Below, piece by piece: positions 24,309 through 37,806 of a stretch of DNA of 64,000 bases. Each line of letters begins with the position of its first letter. Position 1 is the first letter of the stretch. Source of the stretch: Phoronis australis (Eukaryota > Animalia > Phoronida). Where the stretch lies: the NCBI GenBank assembly GCA_002633005.1, contig NMRA01000184.1, positions 561,255 through 625,254 of the forward strand, in the 5' to 3' direction. The notes under the pieces are model-generated. The model was not told the DNA's origin, searched no databases, and saw only the letters and a program-made list of their open reading frames with translations. The translations under genes and the position numbers were made by a program.

Positions 24309-27300
24309 AAACTATGATAAGTGAAATTTCACTAGTCCGCTCGCTTGTATAATGTCATCTATTAGTGAAATTTTACTGTAGGCCTATCTATACTTGTCAT
24401 CGCAGAGAAACCCCCCTTAATTGCAGCAGCTCGGAACAACAACCATTGTTGTTGTGCTGTACCCTGGTACCCAGTGGTGGCAAACGGTACATACCCTTCC
24501 TCTATAGGGTATTGACTATTGTTCAGAACTGCTGCTATTGGGTGCTCTTTGTTTGCTGTGACACAATGTGACGCAAAAAAAAACTTCACATAGCATTTGA
24601 TGTACCTGCGTTTGAGTTGTTTTCTTGGGCTAAAGCATAGCTAGATAGGCCTATACATCAATAATAACAAATAACAAAAGTCTTTTTGAGTTCATTGTGA
24701 ACGGTTTATTCTCCTTGGTTGACTTGGGAGAAGGCGCTGAGATTTATCCTTTAATGATGGTCTCTAAAAAAGAAATCAACCCAGAATCCATTAAAATTAG
24801 ATACAACTGATACACGCTGCTATGTGCAAGGGCATTGTGGGTCTTTGATCTGTGTTGATTAAACCCAGTCCCAGCCTTTACTTTTGAATGGCTTTTCCAC
24901 AAGGCTGTCTGATTCCCATGGATCCAATTTACTCCTGTTCAAGTTTCCATTTAATCTGATAAAGGTTGTGCATTCTGTACTCATAAACTTTAAAAAACAA
25001 TAGATTTCTTGTTGGGACATTCTTTTAATTTTTGAGGCTTCATAACGTGTATGTGTTCAACTTTTCACATACTTGTTTTCACTAGTACATTGCTGTTTTT
25101 TTTAACAAACATCTTAAAATTGTTGATGCATTGCTTTGAAATATGGGCATTGAATTAGATTTGCTAAGAATGCAGTATACATGCTTTCAACAAGGTGTGA
25201 GGTGAGAATAAAAGTTTTTTGAGTTGTAGATTATGAGTTTCGAAGTCAAACAATTTAAATTTGGAAGGTACTAAAAATTGTGTCTGCCTTCTTTACAGGT
25301 TGGCTGACTAATCAAAAACAATTTGTTTAAAGTGGTTTGAAGTAGCAAGCCTCAGAATAACAGTGCCTTCTGGTTAGTGGTATTCACTGAACAAACAGTG
25401 GCCTGTTGTTGTTTGTATAAAGGATACCTCAAGATTTCCACTCATTCTTAGCCCTCATCTCTGGATTCACTTCATAAGCCAGCACCAGGATTATCTTACT
25501 TAGATCCAGTCAGATTGTCTCCACATGCGGAATTTTTTAACGAAAAAAGCATGGCATTCTTGTAATGTCCAACGACAAGCAACCATTTCTGCTTTTTAGG
25601 ACAACTGAGCTTCATTTCTTCTGGTTTCTCATAAGTTGTTAATTTACCTCTTTGTTAAGCTTTGACTTACGAAATGCCATTGACTTCCATGACGTGAAGT
25701 TTGTCATTACTAGGTGTGTGGGTTATACTGAGGTGAACCAACACGTGAATGAGATGGTCTCGTTGTGACTGCTCATCTTCATTTTGATCGCTTCAGCAGG
25801 AGTTTAGTGACATTGCTGTCTGCCAATTGTTTTTTAAAGAATTTGGTTACTTTTTGTCCAATTAGCTCAAGTTTTTGATTGTCAAAAAACCTGGAACATG
25901 TTTTATAGACCTAAAAATAGTTAAGCTGTTTTGTAAGATTAAAATTTAACTTTAAAAAATGATTCTCGAGGTAGCAGAATTACTAACCTGCTGGTCTAGA
26001 CTTGGTCTGTGGCACACACATTCCTAGATAAAGGCAACGATCCAGAGGGGGGTTCATAAGGTCCAGAGCCCTTGCTCAGTCACTTTTAGAATGCTGCAGT
26101 GGATTACTGTAAGGAAACCCCCATGTGTGTTCCTTGTCAGACCCCTAGACAAAACGCTGGATCAGCATTTGAGATACTGGTGGTCTTTCTAAACTGGTAT
26201 GGGAAACAAAACATCTGGTCTACTGAGGACTCTGCAAGTTTACAGGCTGGTCTAGTTTGAATGGTGAAGTGGATTTGGTGGTTGGAGTCTTGCATGAAAT
26301 CGGATAGCCATTGTTGGTGGGATAGATTTCTGATGTAACAACCACTTGACTGGAAGCACTGTAGTGTTCTCACCATGTGATATATTGGCACTTGCCCTCA
26401 GCAACGTGTGTCATGTGATCACAAGTCTGGGCAGGCTACAGTTTCACTCAACATGTGGTTGGGGAAATGGAGAACATTGGAAAGAGCGTGTCTCATCCTT
26501 GTTGCGTAGATACCTCATGCATGGACCATACGAGAAAGTGTTCTGTAGACCTCCTCAGTGGATTTGTGGTGCAAATTAGTCTGCTAAGGTGCTGATTCCT
26601 TCAGACTCTTGCTTTGACTGAGGTGATGCGGACTAACTTATGTGGTTCTACTTGGAGAGACTCAAGTCTGAAGTGGAACCGTGACTCCATAGTAACAGCA
26701 GTTTGTGCTGAATTTGTTTGGATTAATATCTTAAAAGAGCTATTACAAGACTATCTGATACAGTTGGTTCACAATAGTTTTCCTGGAAAAGTTGCCTGAT
26801 CTATGCAGTGCAAAACTATAAACTATGGCTTCGGTTAGAAGTTCTTTGTGACGTCCTACCACACATTGACCGCAGTCTGTTGTCAGGAATAAGTGAAGCG
26901 TGCGGAATTACACCGGTTTGTTTTTCTCTACAAGTCTGCTACAGCTTTTCCAAATAGACTGCTTACTCATTTGCATACTCAGGTGTCCGTTCTTATTCCA
27001 CCTGAGTCTATTGACAGAGAGTAAAAACAAATCGTACTGTAATATCGCATATTGGAATTGCAAATAATGGATTATTGACAGACTCGTCTCTAATATATTG
27101 GGCTGTATAGAGACTGTAGGTGTAAGCGCATACCTTATTCATGAATCTTCATGAAGCTATTCGTAATTTTTTGTGGCATTCTATGAGAACAATGTGGATA
27201 TAAAATTATGGCTCGCGTTGAATCATCTAGAAGGTGGTCGATGCCAGTAGTTTGCCTGGCCAACTACATGGTGTTGTCAAAGAAAATGATGGCGGTACAG

Positions 27301-30300
27301 GAATATGTGAACTACATGCATTTGGAGGTGGGTGAATCTCTAATGTTGAGTTACCATTGTTATCTGCTTCTTACCCTAACTGAGACTTCATGATTCATGA
27401 TATCATGGTGGGAACCATACTCTTTCTTGAAGTGTTCCCTCAAATTTGAAGTCCATTTTCATGGCCTTCCTTAGTAATGCCAAAACGGTGATGTTTTGAG
27501 GAATGTCTGTCTGTAGGAACAGTTCACTTGGGTTCTGGATCAAAGTAACCGCACAAGTGTAACTTGGCAGTAATCAGGTGGATTTAATAATGAAGAATCC
27601 ATAGCAAGGCCTTCGAGGTTTCAATTTGTGGCCGATTAGTGGCCTGATTCACTTATGGGAAACAGGAAAAGTGGGGTGGGGTGTTGGAATTGGTGGTAAT
27701 TGAGGGTGATGCTCCCCTCCTGACTAAAACATTACCTTATCGGGCTCCTTTCCCTCAGCTGACCGATGACCCTGGATGTGGTATGAATGGTTAACTTCCT
27801 CGTTTTCTGTACGTGTAGCTGTTAATAGCTGACGTTCTGGTATTATTTGATCATATATTCACCGTTTTTCAATTATAAGCACTTTTTTACTTTTATCTGA
27901 CCGTATATAAGATATATCAAATTAAAAAATAAGTCAGCTTAACATTAACATCTTGTGATAACTTGGATGACTTGCATATCAAACTGAAAATTTCGGTGTC
28001 CGTAGGTGCAAAATATGGAACTTGGTGTGAGTGGTTGATTTAACTTCATAGTTAACATCGACACTCCCCTAATGCCAGAGTTTAGTTTGTAAGAAATTGT
28101 GTGTTCGCTGTTGCATTATACAAGAAAGCATTGTACTGGGTTTTGATCTGTTTTTTAAAAAATCGGTATTTGTTTAGTTGGTCAATCCTCTTAAGAGGAG
28201 CAAACTTGATGCGGGTTTTTTACCTTTGGCTTGATAAATCATGGCTTTTCACACCTTGCTTGAAAATTTTCTTTTTGTATTGAACTATATCCATATGTAG
28301 CAAATTTACCGTTTATGTTGGCTTTCTACTTGGTGACATGTTAGCCTAAAAGATAGTCCCCTGAGAGATCCGACAAGACAAACGTTTATGTGAAGAGTCC
28401 AGATATTGTAGGATAAGTACCTGATTTGCTCAATCTCAGTGGCTCAGTGCTATGTTTGTCTTTGATATTAGTTCATTGTTGTCAGATGGACAATCCTTTT
28501 AGCTGGCTAATACAGTAGGAAACAGTTACCCAGTAGACATAAAAGTTGCCCTGGTGGTCTGTATGAAATGTAAGTCTCCTATTAAGAGATTTGGTCTGGC
28601 GAAAACACATCAGAAGGTTTTTTGAACAGCCAGTGGCCATTTGGTTATGCAATCACCCTGCAGCAAATTGCTAGAAACATTACAAGGCTATTCGGTCTGC
28701 CCCAGTGGCCTTGTGTGTAGTTGGATTAGACAGCGTTGCTAGTTTGCTGCTTGCCTAGTTATTACTGAGCAATCATATAATCTATGCTTGCACTCGAGTC
28801 TCCAATGTTTACACACAAATGATCTTATATCTACTTGCGTCTATTCAACGGAACAGGCGTGCACATACACGCAGGGTCATTGAATACAGTGATACCCCGC
28901 ATGATAGGTTATTGCTCAAGGAACTCTAGACACCTTCACCTCAGGCTTTATTTGCAATTAGCTCTGACTCCAGGTGGCCTCAGCCGTGTGGGGATTTTTG
29001 TGACGTCTACATAGTCTTGACTTTTTTAACTTGTCGCCAATGGCTGTTGTTTTTTTACTGGCCAACCTCAGTTTGGATTCCCTTGATAGTTGAGAATGGA
29101 GGCTTAGGCAAGATAACAGGACGTTAAATTTATGTTGGTTGCTGCCATGGCCAACTCTGGCTTGCCTGTTCATGTAAGTACATTTGTTCACTTCCTGATT
29201 AGATTCTAGTCAATTTTGACACAAATTTTAGGATTACATGCAAAATAACTTCTTGTTCATTTGTCAGGAGAAAATGTGTTGGTAAAAGTGAAAAGTGTGA
29301 AAATTCATAATAGACACATTTTTAAGTCCAAACTGGATGGCCGTTTGTAGCAGGAGTTTGTTTTTCTCACCATACCTGTCATTGTCTCAATGAGTTTTCG
29401 CTATGGTGTCTCTCAAGTTCCTGTTAAATTTTGCTTATGCGAATGTGTTTCCCAATTCTTTTTCTAAAAAGTTTTGATATTTAATGTTTATTAAAATACT
29501 TATGTGATTGGCAGGCTCAGGGTGTGATGGGGGAACTCTTGTGTCTAGTATAGTTGTAGATATTTAGCAAGTAAGGTTGCTAACAGAGTGGGAGTGGGGG
29601 TCAAAGGTCATTGCTCGGGCACATTGTGTTGTTTAAATTATTTTTTGAATTTTTTAGTATTGGGTTACAGAAAAAATGCTGATTTTCCAAGAACTCGTTT
29701 GTTTTTGAAGGGAATGAACAGTTTCCCCTTGTGATGAAAAGGTAGTGTTAGTTTGGTGTGGCACTCTGTAGAAGGTCCAAATTCTGCATTTGCTCCTGTA
29801 CGTTACTCAGGTCACCCAGTAATTTTCATGTCTTAAGAAGAATTGTGATGGTAGTTTAACTCCTGTTAGTTTTCTTTGATCGCATCTCTCCAAAATTGAC
29901 AGTAGTTTGCATCGATTTCACAGACCAAGTGACAATTGATAATTTTGTCCACTGAATAATGAATAGAACTACAGAAACGACTTTGTCTGACAATTATTGA
30001 GTTAAAAACTTGACGATTTTATTTCATTTAAAAGTGAGGAGATGAAATCTTAATGGTTTTCATGACTACAGCTCCCAGTTCCAAAAAAGCCGGTTCTCAG
30101 TGGAGGTCCAAACTTGTGTTGTGTCATGGAATTCCTGTAAAGTGTTGTGTAGCATGTTTGTGGCATGTTTTGGCTTGCACCACAATGATAGTGACAACAG
30201 CATGTCTTATACCACAGTCTACTTGTGGGTTCTGTGTCTTCCTATGTGGTCACAGTCTGGTTATTGACCACCATGAGAGTCCATTGTGAGTAATTATTAA

Positions 30301-31596
30301 TGTGAATGAGATTTTGTTGATTGTGGTGAAGGCCAATAGGGTGTTGTTAGTAATTACTAGCCATTCCTTATTTGAGAAAGTGCTAGTCTCTATCATAGAT
30401 GTGAATCTGTAGGTGAGGTCAATTTTTATGTTCCTAATAATATCTTGGTGATGTTTACATATAACTGCATTTGTGCCTGTTCTGGTAATCATTGACCATG
30501 CTGGAGTTATTGTTGCCTGGGGGGAAAGATAATGGTGCCTGCCAACCTGCCTCCCCAGGTACACTGTTAATACTAGTGATGGTAAATTGTTCTGGAAGAG
30601 AGATTAGGCTGAACTGAAGAACTGAAGACAAGAGGATTTGCGTTTTTGATCTAATTTTTTAATTATGATTTTTAGGCAGAAAAGAATCTTTTAATGGTCT
30701 GTCTGCTGCCAGCCATTTCGTTTGCTGATAGGCTGTGAAAGCAGAGTGCAGGTCACACCACAGTGATGTCAGTGTTTATATTGTCTGCCATGGGAAAAAT
30801 ATCTTCAAAGGTGTTTTTCCTCTCATGCATGATGGGTAGAGAGAGTGGATAATGGCTTGCTAATACCATCCCACCAGTCTGGTAGCTGTGTATACAGTCT
30901 ACTGTCAGTAGAATTTACAAACATATTGAAAAGATTTACTGCACCTTGACCAAGATATCCTGTAAAAATTATGTTTGCCCCACCTTGTACCCATTGCAAC
31001 ACCAACAGGGTAAAATCCACGTTGTTGGGAGTCTTGATTGAAGAGACACCATGGGAAGACTTATGTAGACCTTCCTATGGGGAGATATTTCCAATCAGGC
31101 ACGTTTTTTTCTGTTTCGGAATTCAAAAACTTATTTCACATTCAGTGAGCATTAGTCAGTATTTTAACTTCATGAATACTTTGGTCTGCACACGTAGAGT
31201 TGTAACAGAAGCTGCCGCCTGGTGTTGGGAATTAAGTACATAGAGATATGCAAGCTGATTTGTGAAACTTTTAGCCATTAAGTTTCATGTATTCGTTTTT
31301 AAGACTCGAAGTCAATTGAAATGTCTCTATAACTTCAGCAATCAATTCTATTACTCTGTGCCAATTCAACACTATTTTAACACAGCCTAACGGTAGTTCA
31401 GTTCACCATTACAGTGTGTAGTTCAATTAAGAACCTACTTAACCCCTCGAGACAATAAAAATCGTTGTCAGCGAGCATTGTGAGCCGTTGTATGTATTTT
31501 GTCGAACTGTGTTAGATTTTGCTGGAAGCACTTTGTACTCTGTTCCACATTTCTTGACCTATTTCAGTCTGAAAAATATTTAAGTTGAATTTAAAG

Positions 31597-32272
31597 TCAT
31601 GATTCAAATCCACTGTCTCACATTTCCTTGCTACCGGTTATTATTCATATGGGCTCAGAGTCCCCAAATCTGAATTGGTTAGTACCTCTGGTGTGGGCGT
31701 GGTACATTCACCAAGAAAAGCTGTCAAGGTAGATCGTGAATGTTTGTTGTTGAGTTTTTGCGCTGTTTTATGCTACTCACACCCTGAAACATGGATGGGT
31801 CTTACACGTAGTCACCAAGTGGCAAACATGGATGGGTCTTACACGTACAGTCACCAAGTGGCAAACATGGATGGGTCTTACACGTACAGTCACCAAGTGG
31901 CAAACATGGATGGGTCTTACACGTACAGTCACCAAGTGGCAAACATGTTCCTACTTTTTAGAAAAATTAAGTTAGGGATGTTTTACATTACNTCATGATT
32001 CAAATCCACTGTCTCACATTTCCTTGCTACCGGTTATTATTCTTATGGGCTCAGAGTCCCCAAATCTGAATTGGTTAGTACCTCTGGTGTGGGCGTGGTA
32101 CATTCACCAAGAAAAGCTGTCAAGGTAGATCATGTATGTTTGTTGTTGAGTTTTTGTGCTGTTTTATGCTACTCACACCCTGAAACATGGATGGGTCTTA
32201 CACGTACAGTCACCAAGTGGCAAACATGTTCCTACTTTTTAGAAAAATTAACTTAGGGATGTTTTACATTAC
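31597..32272. repeat. Tandem duplication (395 bp + 280 bp) joined at an N, containing a 39-bp VNTR (4 vs 1 copies)
   Basis: 31597-31991 and 31993-32272 both run TCATGATTCAAATCC...TTTTACATTAC with about 5 substitutions. Unit AAACATGGATGGGTCTTACACGTACAGTCACCAAGTGGC. N at 31992. Confidence 0.9.
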
Positions 32273-33009
32273 TTTAGTAATTCTGATAGCGAGAAGGAGC
32301 AAATCACCCACTAACCACAATATTCTAATTTTCTGTCAGTAAAACGTCTTGGCGACCTTAGTATTCACTCAAGTTTCTACGTTTTTAAGGGAAGCTACCA
32401 TTAATGTGATATTCTTGGTTATATTTTGATTTTCTGGTTATTTTGAATAAAATTTCAAGTTAATTAAATTCCCAGGCTTCTGTTTAATTGTGCAATTATC
32501 ACTCTGGAAATGACTTTCCTGATCCAAGTAATTCTGCTTGCTTTAAATGATGTATGATATTTTCCAAAATTGAGGTAATTATCTACCTTCGACTAGTATT
32601 CTGAGGATTCTAGATTAGACTAGTGCTTAGTTGAGTAGAATTCAGCCATTGTTTAATCTGTAGTGGATGGCAACTGGCTGGAGTAGGTGACCACAACAGC
32701 ATGAATCATGTTCATGGTGAATCTCATAAAGCCTTCCTAGTAGGTGGCAACAGAGGATAGAAGGGTGATGCCAATGGTATGGGACTCTTCTTCAGAACAT
32801 GTCTACCATGAACACTCCTCATCTCTGCATAGATTTTAATGATAAAGAATGTTTGCCTCGCTTGTGATAGCTTTGCTCTGCTTTGTCGTGAACGGGCAAC
32901 TCTGTGTTCTTGACAAAAGTGAGTCCTACTATGAGGGATCTTGCCATTCACTGAAAATTGGTGAAAGAGGTCACCTGTACGCTTTAGGAGCTCTCCATGC
33001 TTGCACCCT

Positions 33010-33233
33010 GGGGCCTGTTCCAAGAAACCTGACTTAGCTAAGACAAATCTTAAATTGTAGTCAATTTTGAGATGAAACTTAAATTTGTCTCAAGACTGCT
33101 TCAAGAAAGACATGTTAAGCTTGACATAAGTTTGTCATATTTTTGACTATCTTAATTAATGGATGTGGAAGTTGAGAGAAGTCTTAGACTTACGTCAACA
33201 ATGAATTTAAGTCGGTTTCTAGGAAGGGGTCCC
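33010..33233. mobile_element. MITE, PIF/Harbinger-like (GGGGCC.. termini)
   Basis: Left GGGGCCTGTTCCAAGAAACCTGACTTAG; right end reverse complement GGGACCCCTTCCTAGAAACCGACTTAA; homologous to 14492-14647. Confidence 0.6.
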
Positions 33234-35447
33234 TAGTATGCAACAACTTTCAGGTGTTTTCTGAGTAAGGCTCAGAGAAAGGAAAGCACCGGTAGTGGTC
33301 TTATTGGTTACACGCTGCCGCACACGTCCGAAGTACATGTGAACAAAAGTGATGGGCATAATTTCGGGCCATGAACACCACCTGTGGAGTGATGTGTGCA
33401 TGATTAATTAGAGCCTAGGGAATTTAATTGATATGACTATCTGGGATATTCAATAAATGGAAATTTGACCAGAGATGGTGCTAATACCCGGTTGCCTTCC
33501 TATTTCATAGTAAGCTCTAGAATACTGGTCGTTGAATCTGTATTTTAAGTGAACTCAACATTGTGTCTGAGCGTGGTTGAAGTATTATTGATGGTAGTTG
33601 AGGAGAAGGGTGACATTTTTAAGTCTATACATTGACACATAGTGAGGTACCATTAATGACGTGAGTCATGTGACCCTTATCATGGTTTTTATCTGGGATT
33701 TATGTGGGATTATAGACTCGGAATATTTTTTAAATGGCTTTTGCTGTACACCAGGGAAGTGGTGTTAAAATCTCACACAATCGTATGATGAGCTGGTGAA
33801 ATTGTATTTTCTCATGTGTTAATAAACAATATTTTTCGCTGGTGTTTAATAATTTTGAAGCACTGTATCTGTCGCCAGATAATATTTTTAAAAAGTACGG
33901 GGATCCAAATCAATGTTAGACACTTTTGAAAAATGAAAAAAAATTCTTTGGCTGGAAATTGGTGTGATTCTTCTGTGTGGAATACGAGCAAATTTATAAA
34001 ATTACCTGAATGGACAACTCTCAGCTAGATGTGGATAGTAGATATTCTATACCTGAGTTCTAATCCTTTGTGTCAGTACAGTTGTTTGACCAATGTATCT
34101 TGGTTTTTTGTGTCAAAGAATGTGCCTGGAATGTGAAACTTCCCACACAAGTCAACTCGAGTTTAAAATAGCAGACTAATAAATTAAATTTTATAACCGG
34201 GTACAATTTCACTTAATCCAAGTTCTAGACTTTGGATTGGGATTTTTTTGGTTAGAGGGTGTTGATTGGTTTCTTGACATAAAGTTCAACCTAGCTGGGG
34301 TCTCAACAGCTGCAAGGCATTTTCTGGTCAGGGAGTTATGTAGGCTGCATCTTCTCAGGACCCACAATTATTGAAAATTAAATACGAAGTAAAATTTTAT
34401 CACTTTTGAATAACCAGCCCTAAAACAAAACAGTGTTAGTACTTTAATGAAAACTGTTTAATATGCGCATCTTCAAGTTAGTACCCATTGAAACTACAGC
34501 AAAATTCTGCCAATTTGGGACAAAATTGTCCTTCCTTGATATTTCGAAGCTTTAAACAGGGTTGTACCGTAATGCCCGTTGTCTAATGGTAGCCTGGGTA
34601 TAGAAGTCAATAATTGTAAAGGGCATTTATTTGATGTGGCTATGAAAAACTATAAAATTTCAATTTTCTGCACATGGCAGGACTGAGCTCTGCATCATTG
34701 CCACAAAAAAAATTACATTTGATGTTGGACAATTTTTGAATGGAGTTTTTGAGTACAAAAATTATTCACCTGGGTCCTGCTTTATAATTTGAGTGTAGAT
34801 TTGAATAACCAATCTGAGGTCCCACTCAGGATTTTTTATCAGTAAATTGGCAGAGATATTATCACTTGTATTTACACAACAATCACTTGAGTAGGACAGT
34901 GGCTGCCATGTAATCCTTATAAATGACTCACCTGTCTTATTAATAGTGCCCCATTTATAGGGCATTTGAGTGTATCTGTTACCCACAGCAGTTTACTTTT
35001 CCATTTACACGTACCACTATAAGCCGGCACAACCTGTATCATTTGGCCTAAGAAAATGTAAAATATTTTGCTAAGATAAGTGGAAAGTTGCACTTCAAAC
35101 ACCTCATTGATTATCTGTGTACATCACGAAGGGCGAAGTTTGTGTCACAACAAACATTATTATTTTGCTGAGAAGTATGTCTCTTTCCCAGTGCCTTTTC
35201 GAATCTTTGACTGTGGCTTTGCTCTGGATTTTCGGCACCTGTATTTAGGGACCTTAGCATTGCTGAGAATGCTTGCCAAAGTGCTGTATTAGGTGTCTCA
35301 GAGTGTTTTGATTTATGAATGAAGTTTGCGTTTAAAATGTAAATTTAATTCAGAATCTTTATAGTGTCCAAGGTGCAGTTGGCTAGTGTCAACGAATGGT
35401 TTAGTGAACAAGGTGCCTGAAACTTTTTTGACCCTGCTCATCTAAAT

Positions 35448-35516
35448 AGGTCTAGGTATGCAAGTTGACCAGGTCTGGGTGTGCTAGTTTACCAGGTCTG
35501 GGTAAGCGAGTTGACC
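35448..35516. repeat. Minisatellite, 23 bp x3
   Basis: AGGTCTGGGTATGCAAGTTGACC-like units at 35448, 35471 and 35494. Confidence 0.8.
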
Positions 35517-36877
35517 ACTGCACAGGTCAGTGGATTTGTACCCAAATATTTATCTTGTTTGGTTGGCTGAGCAAATGCAAAGTGACCAACAGTTGATTGA
35601 TTAGTTAAATCATTCTACTCTCTCCATGTTTTCAGTCTCTCTGTTCTTTCTAGACACCATGTTCCATTGGAGCATTGTATTGGTATGTTTCCAAGGTACC
35701 CGCCATCCTCCATCCTGGTCACTAATTGTATTCAGGTTTCCTGAATGCCCTACAGTCTTTGCCCAAGGGCCAATCTCCTGCCAGACATGAGATGCTCCAA
35801 TGCACTTGTTGTGCTTGTACAAATGTTGTTGCCTCTGATTGGATTCAGTGGTGACCATTACCTTGTCAGCACCCGGCAATGGTTGCTCTAGCGTTGTTCT
35901 GGTTTCTCTTGGGAACATGTTCACCAAATTCATTTGCATTTTTATTGATTCTGTCTGCCTGCTGTTGCTGTTCGCAAGTAGATGCTTGAGTAAGGCTGAA
36001 TCAGTTGTTATTTAGTCGTTGAACACTGAGGTTGTTTGGTTGTACATTGTGCTCGGCTGAGGTGTGATTCGAGTTTACAAAATCGAAGGCATGGGGATGA
36101 TCACAAAAAACACTGTGGTTGATGTGAGTATGATGCCAGCAGGTGGGGTTTATTTGTCATGATTCATGTGGGGGACTTGCCTCCACTGTTTCAAGCACCG
36201 GTAAATTCTTAAGAGAATTGGCGCTAGCATTTTGTGTCTGTTTTTGGAATCGTTTTTGCATTTTTTGCGAGGTTGTTGCTCATTGTAGCTTGCCAGTTCA
36301 TTGCTTCCAAGCACCTTGCTATTTCCTATCTACCTTCAGCTTCTCTGGGCGTATTAATTATAAATCCTGAAAGAATAAAAAAATAAGTGAAAGTAGTTCT
36401 CGTGCTTTCGAAGGGATATTGAAATTAGAAGAAAAAATGGTACATTCAGGTGTTGCGTTGGTCAGTTAATATAAAAACTGTGAGATTTTCTGTGATGTCT
36501 GTAAAATACCTTGCTCCCAATGCCATGTTACGCATATCTGCACTACAGGGAACATGTGGTGTTTGGTTGACGTAGAAGTGTTTCTAAGAACAAGTATATG
36601 TACTTTACACTGGTAAAGATAAATGGATTTGGATTAGAGTGTACACTTCCATTTAGCGAATGTTAGCTCAGTTGCTACAGTTTTCCCTGGGGTTGCTGAA
36701 CAGAGTTTGTCTAGGAACGATGAGTGACGGACAAAGGAATATTCTAGATGAGAAAAATAATTTTGCAGAAATCAGCAGTAATGCAGAATGGACCCCTTTA
36801 GTTCCACAGCAACACCCTATGTTTGCTCCGTATTTTAAGCGTATTAAATAGTAAAGGCACCAGCCTTGATTTTAGCG

Positions 36878-36990
36878 AATGGGTGGCAGACAACCGCGAG
36901 AATTGGCAATTTGTAATAAAATCACAAAACAACGGATCATGTTGTTTTATAGCTCTTGTCAAAGCTAATAACTTCAAGCTGTCTATTCCA
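36878..36990 (+). repeat. Dispersed repeat fragment, homologous to 62635-62750
   Basis: TGGCAGACAAC...ATTTGTAATAAAATCACAAAACAAC...GTCAAAGCTAATAACTTCAAG present in both copies. Confidence 0.7.
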
Positions 36991-37068
36991 TCCAACAATA
37001 ATACCAAAAATGAATTTTTCCGCCGGTCAACCAATAATGTCGCTTATGACTTCTTCTTTATTCCACAG

Positions 37069-37149
37069 TACATTGGCTCGTTCTCAGTGACTGGAGAAGA
37101 CCAGAATACAAGAGCGCAATATGTCCGTGAGAAACTGGAAGAGCTACGG
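37069..37149 (+). CDS. SH2D5: SH2D5-like gene exon 2 (YIGSFSVTGEDQNTRAQYVREKLEELR), PTB domain
   Basis: Acceptor TTCTTCTTTATTCCACAG, donor CGG|GTAAGT; 81 nt, phase 0/0. YxGS motif typical of PTB/PID domains. Confidence 0.9.
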
Positions 37150-37378
37150 GTAAGTGCTAACAAAAAATTTTATGTGTGCACTACTTGTTAAAGTAATCGG
37201 ACAGAATGACCCAGAAGCCTGTGGTGTGATGGTTGAGGAATGGGGGAAATCAACATCATAGTAGCCATCTCTCATGACTTGGAAATAAGATTGGATTGAT
37301 GTTTCGATGTCTTCATTTTTTCACTAACTTGAATAAATGGTCTTGACATGGAAGTGTTATTGCTGTAATTATGCAGTT

Positions 37379-37474
37379 GTGGCGTGTACAGTGGCGTGTA
37401 CAGTGGCGTGTACAGTGGCGTGTACAGTGGCGTGTACAGTGGCGTGTACAGTGGCGTGTACAGTGGCGTGTGCA
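37379..37474. repeat. Minisatellite, 12 bp x8
   Basis: GTGGCGTGTACA x7 followed by GTGGCGTGTGCA. Confidence 0.97.
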
Positions 37475-37707
37475 GTGTAAGCTAAACACACGTGTTTTAA
37501 AGCTACTTCCCGTTTGTGAAATCAAATGTGCCCTGTAGCAATGTCCTAAAAGTACCTCAAATGAGCACCAGTAAACAGGCAGGTGTAAAATAGGTGCGTT
37601 GCTCAAGATTTGTGTTTTCTGTAACTACAGAAAACATCAAAGGTAACCGGTCAAACACAATTTCTCCTTCTCTACTAAAGTGACTGCAGCAAATGTTGGT
37701 AATACGG

Positions 37708-37806
37708 TAGTTACTTACATGTGTGCTGTGTTTTGAGAACCAGTTTTCTCCACTGAATAACGAGTGTCAAACTGGTTCTCAAAATCCAGTTCCCTGTAAG
37801 TAACTA
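37708..37806. mobile_element. Short foldback/MITE-like inverted repeat (~38-bp arms, TA ends)
   Basis: TAGTTACTTACA..TTTTGAGAACCAGTTT / AAACTGGTTCTCAAAA..TGTAAGTAACTA, with perfect 12-bp and 16-bp complementary blocks. Confidence 0.65.

Noticed and set aside
31675-31998. ORF with SHQVANMDGSYTY repeats and CRISPR-like periodicity
   Set aside because: Head-to-tail 39-bp VNTR with no unique spacers and no cas genes, in eukaryotic intronic DNA; the frame differs in the second copy.
36823-37191. 122-aa ORF as a stand-alone gene
   Set aside because: Only 37069-37149 is a real exon; the upstream part is a dispersed repeat also present at 62635-62750.
37313-37606. ORF with (HCTR)n repeats resembling a metal-binding peptide
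   Set aside because: Simply the translation of the 12-bp minisatellite on the minus strand; no splice or coding context.
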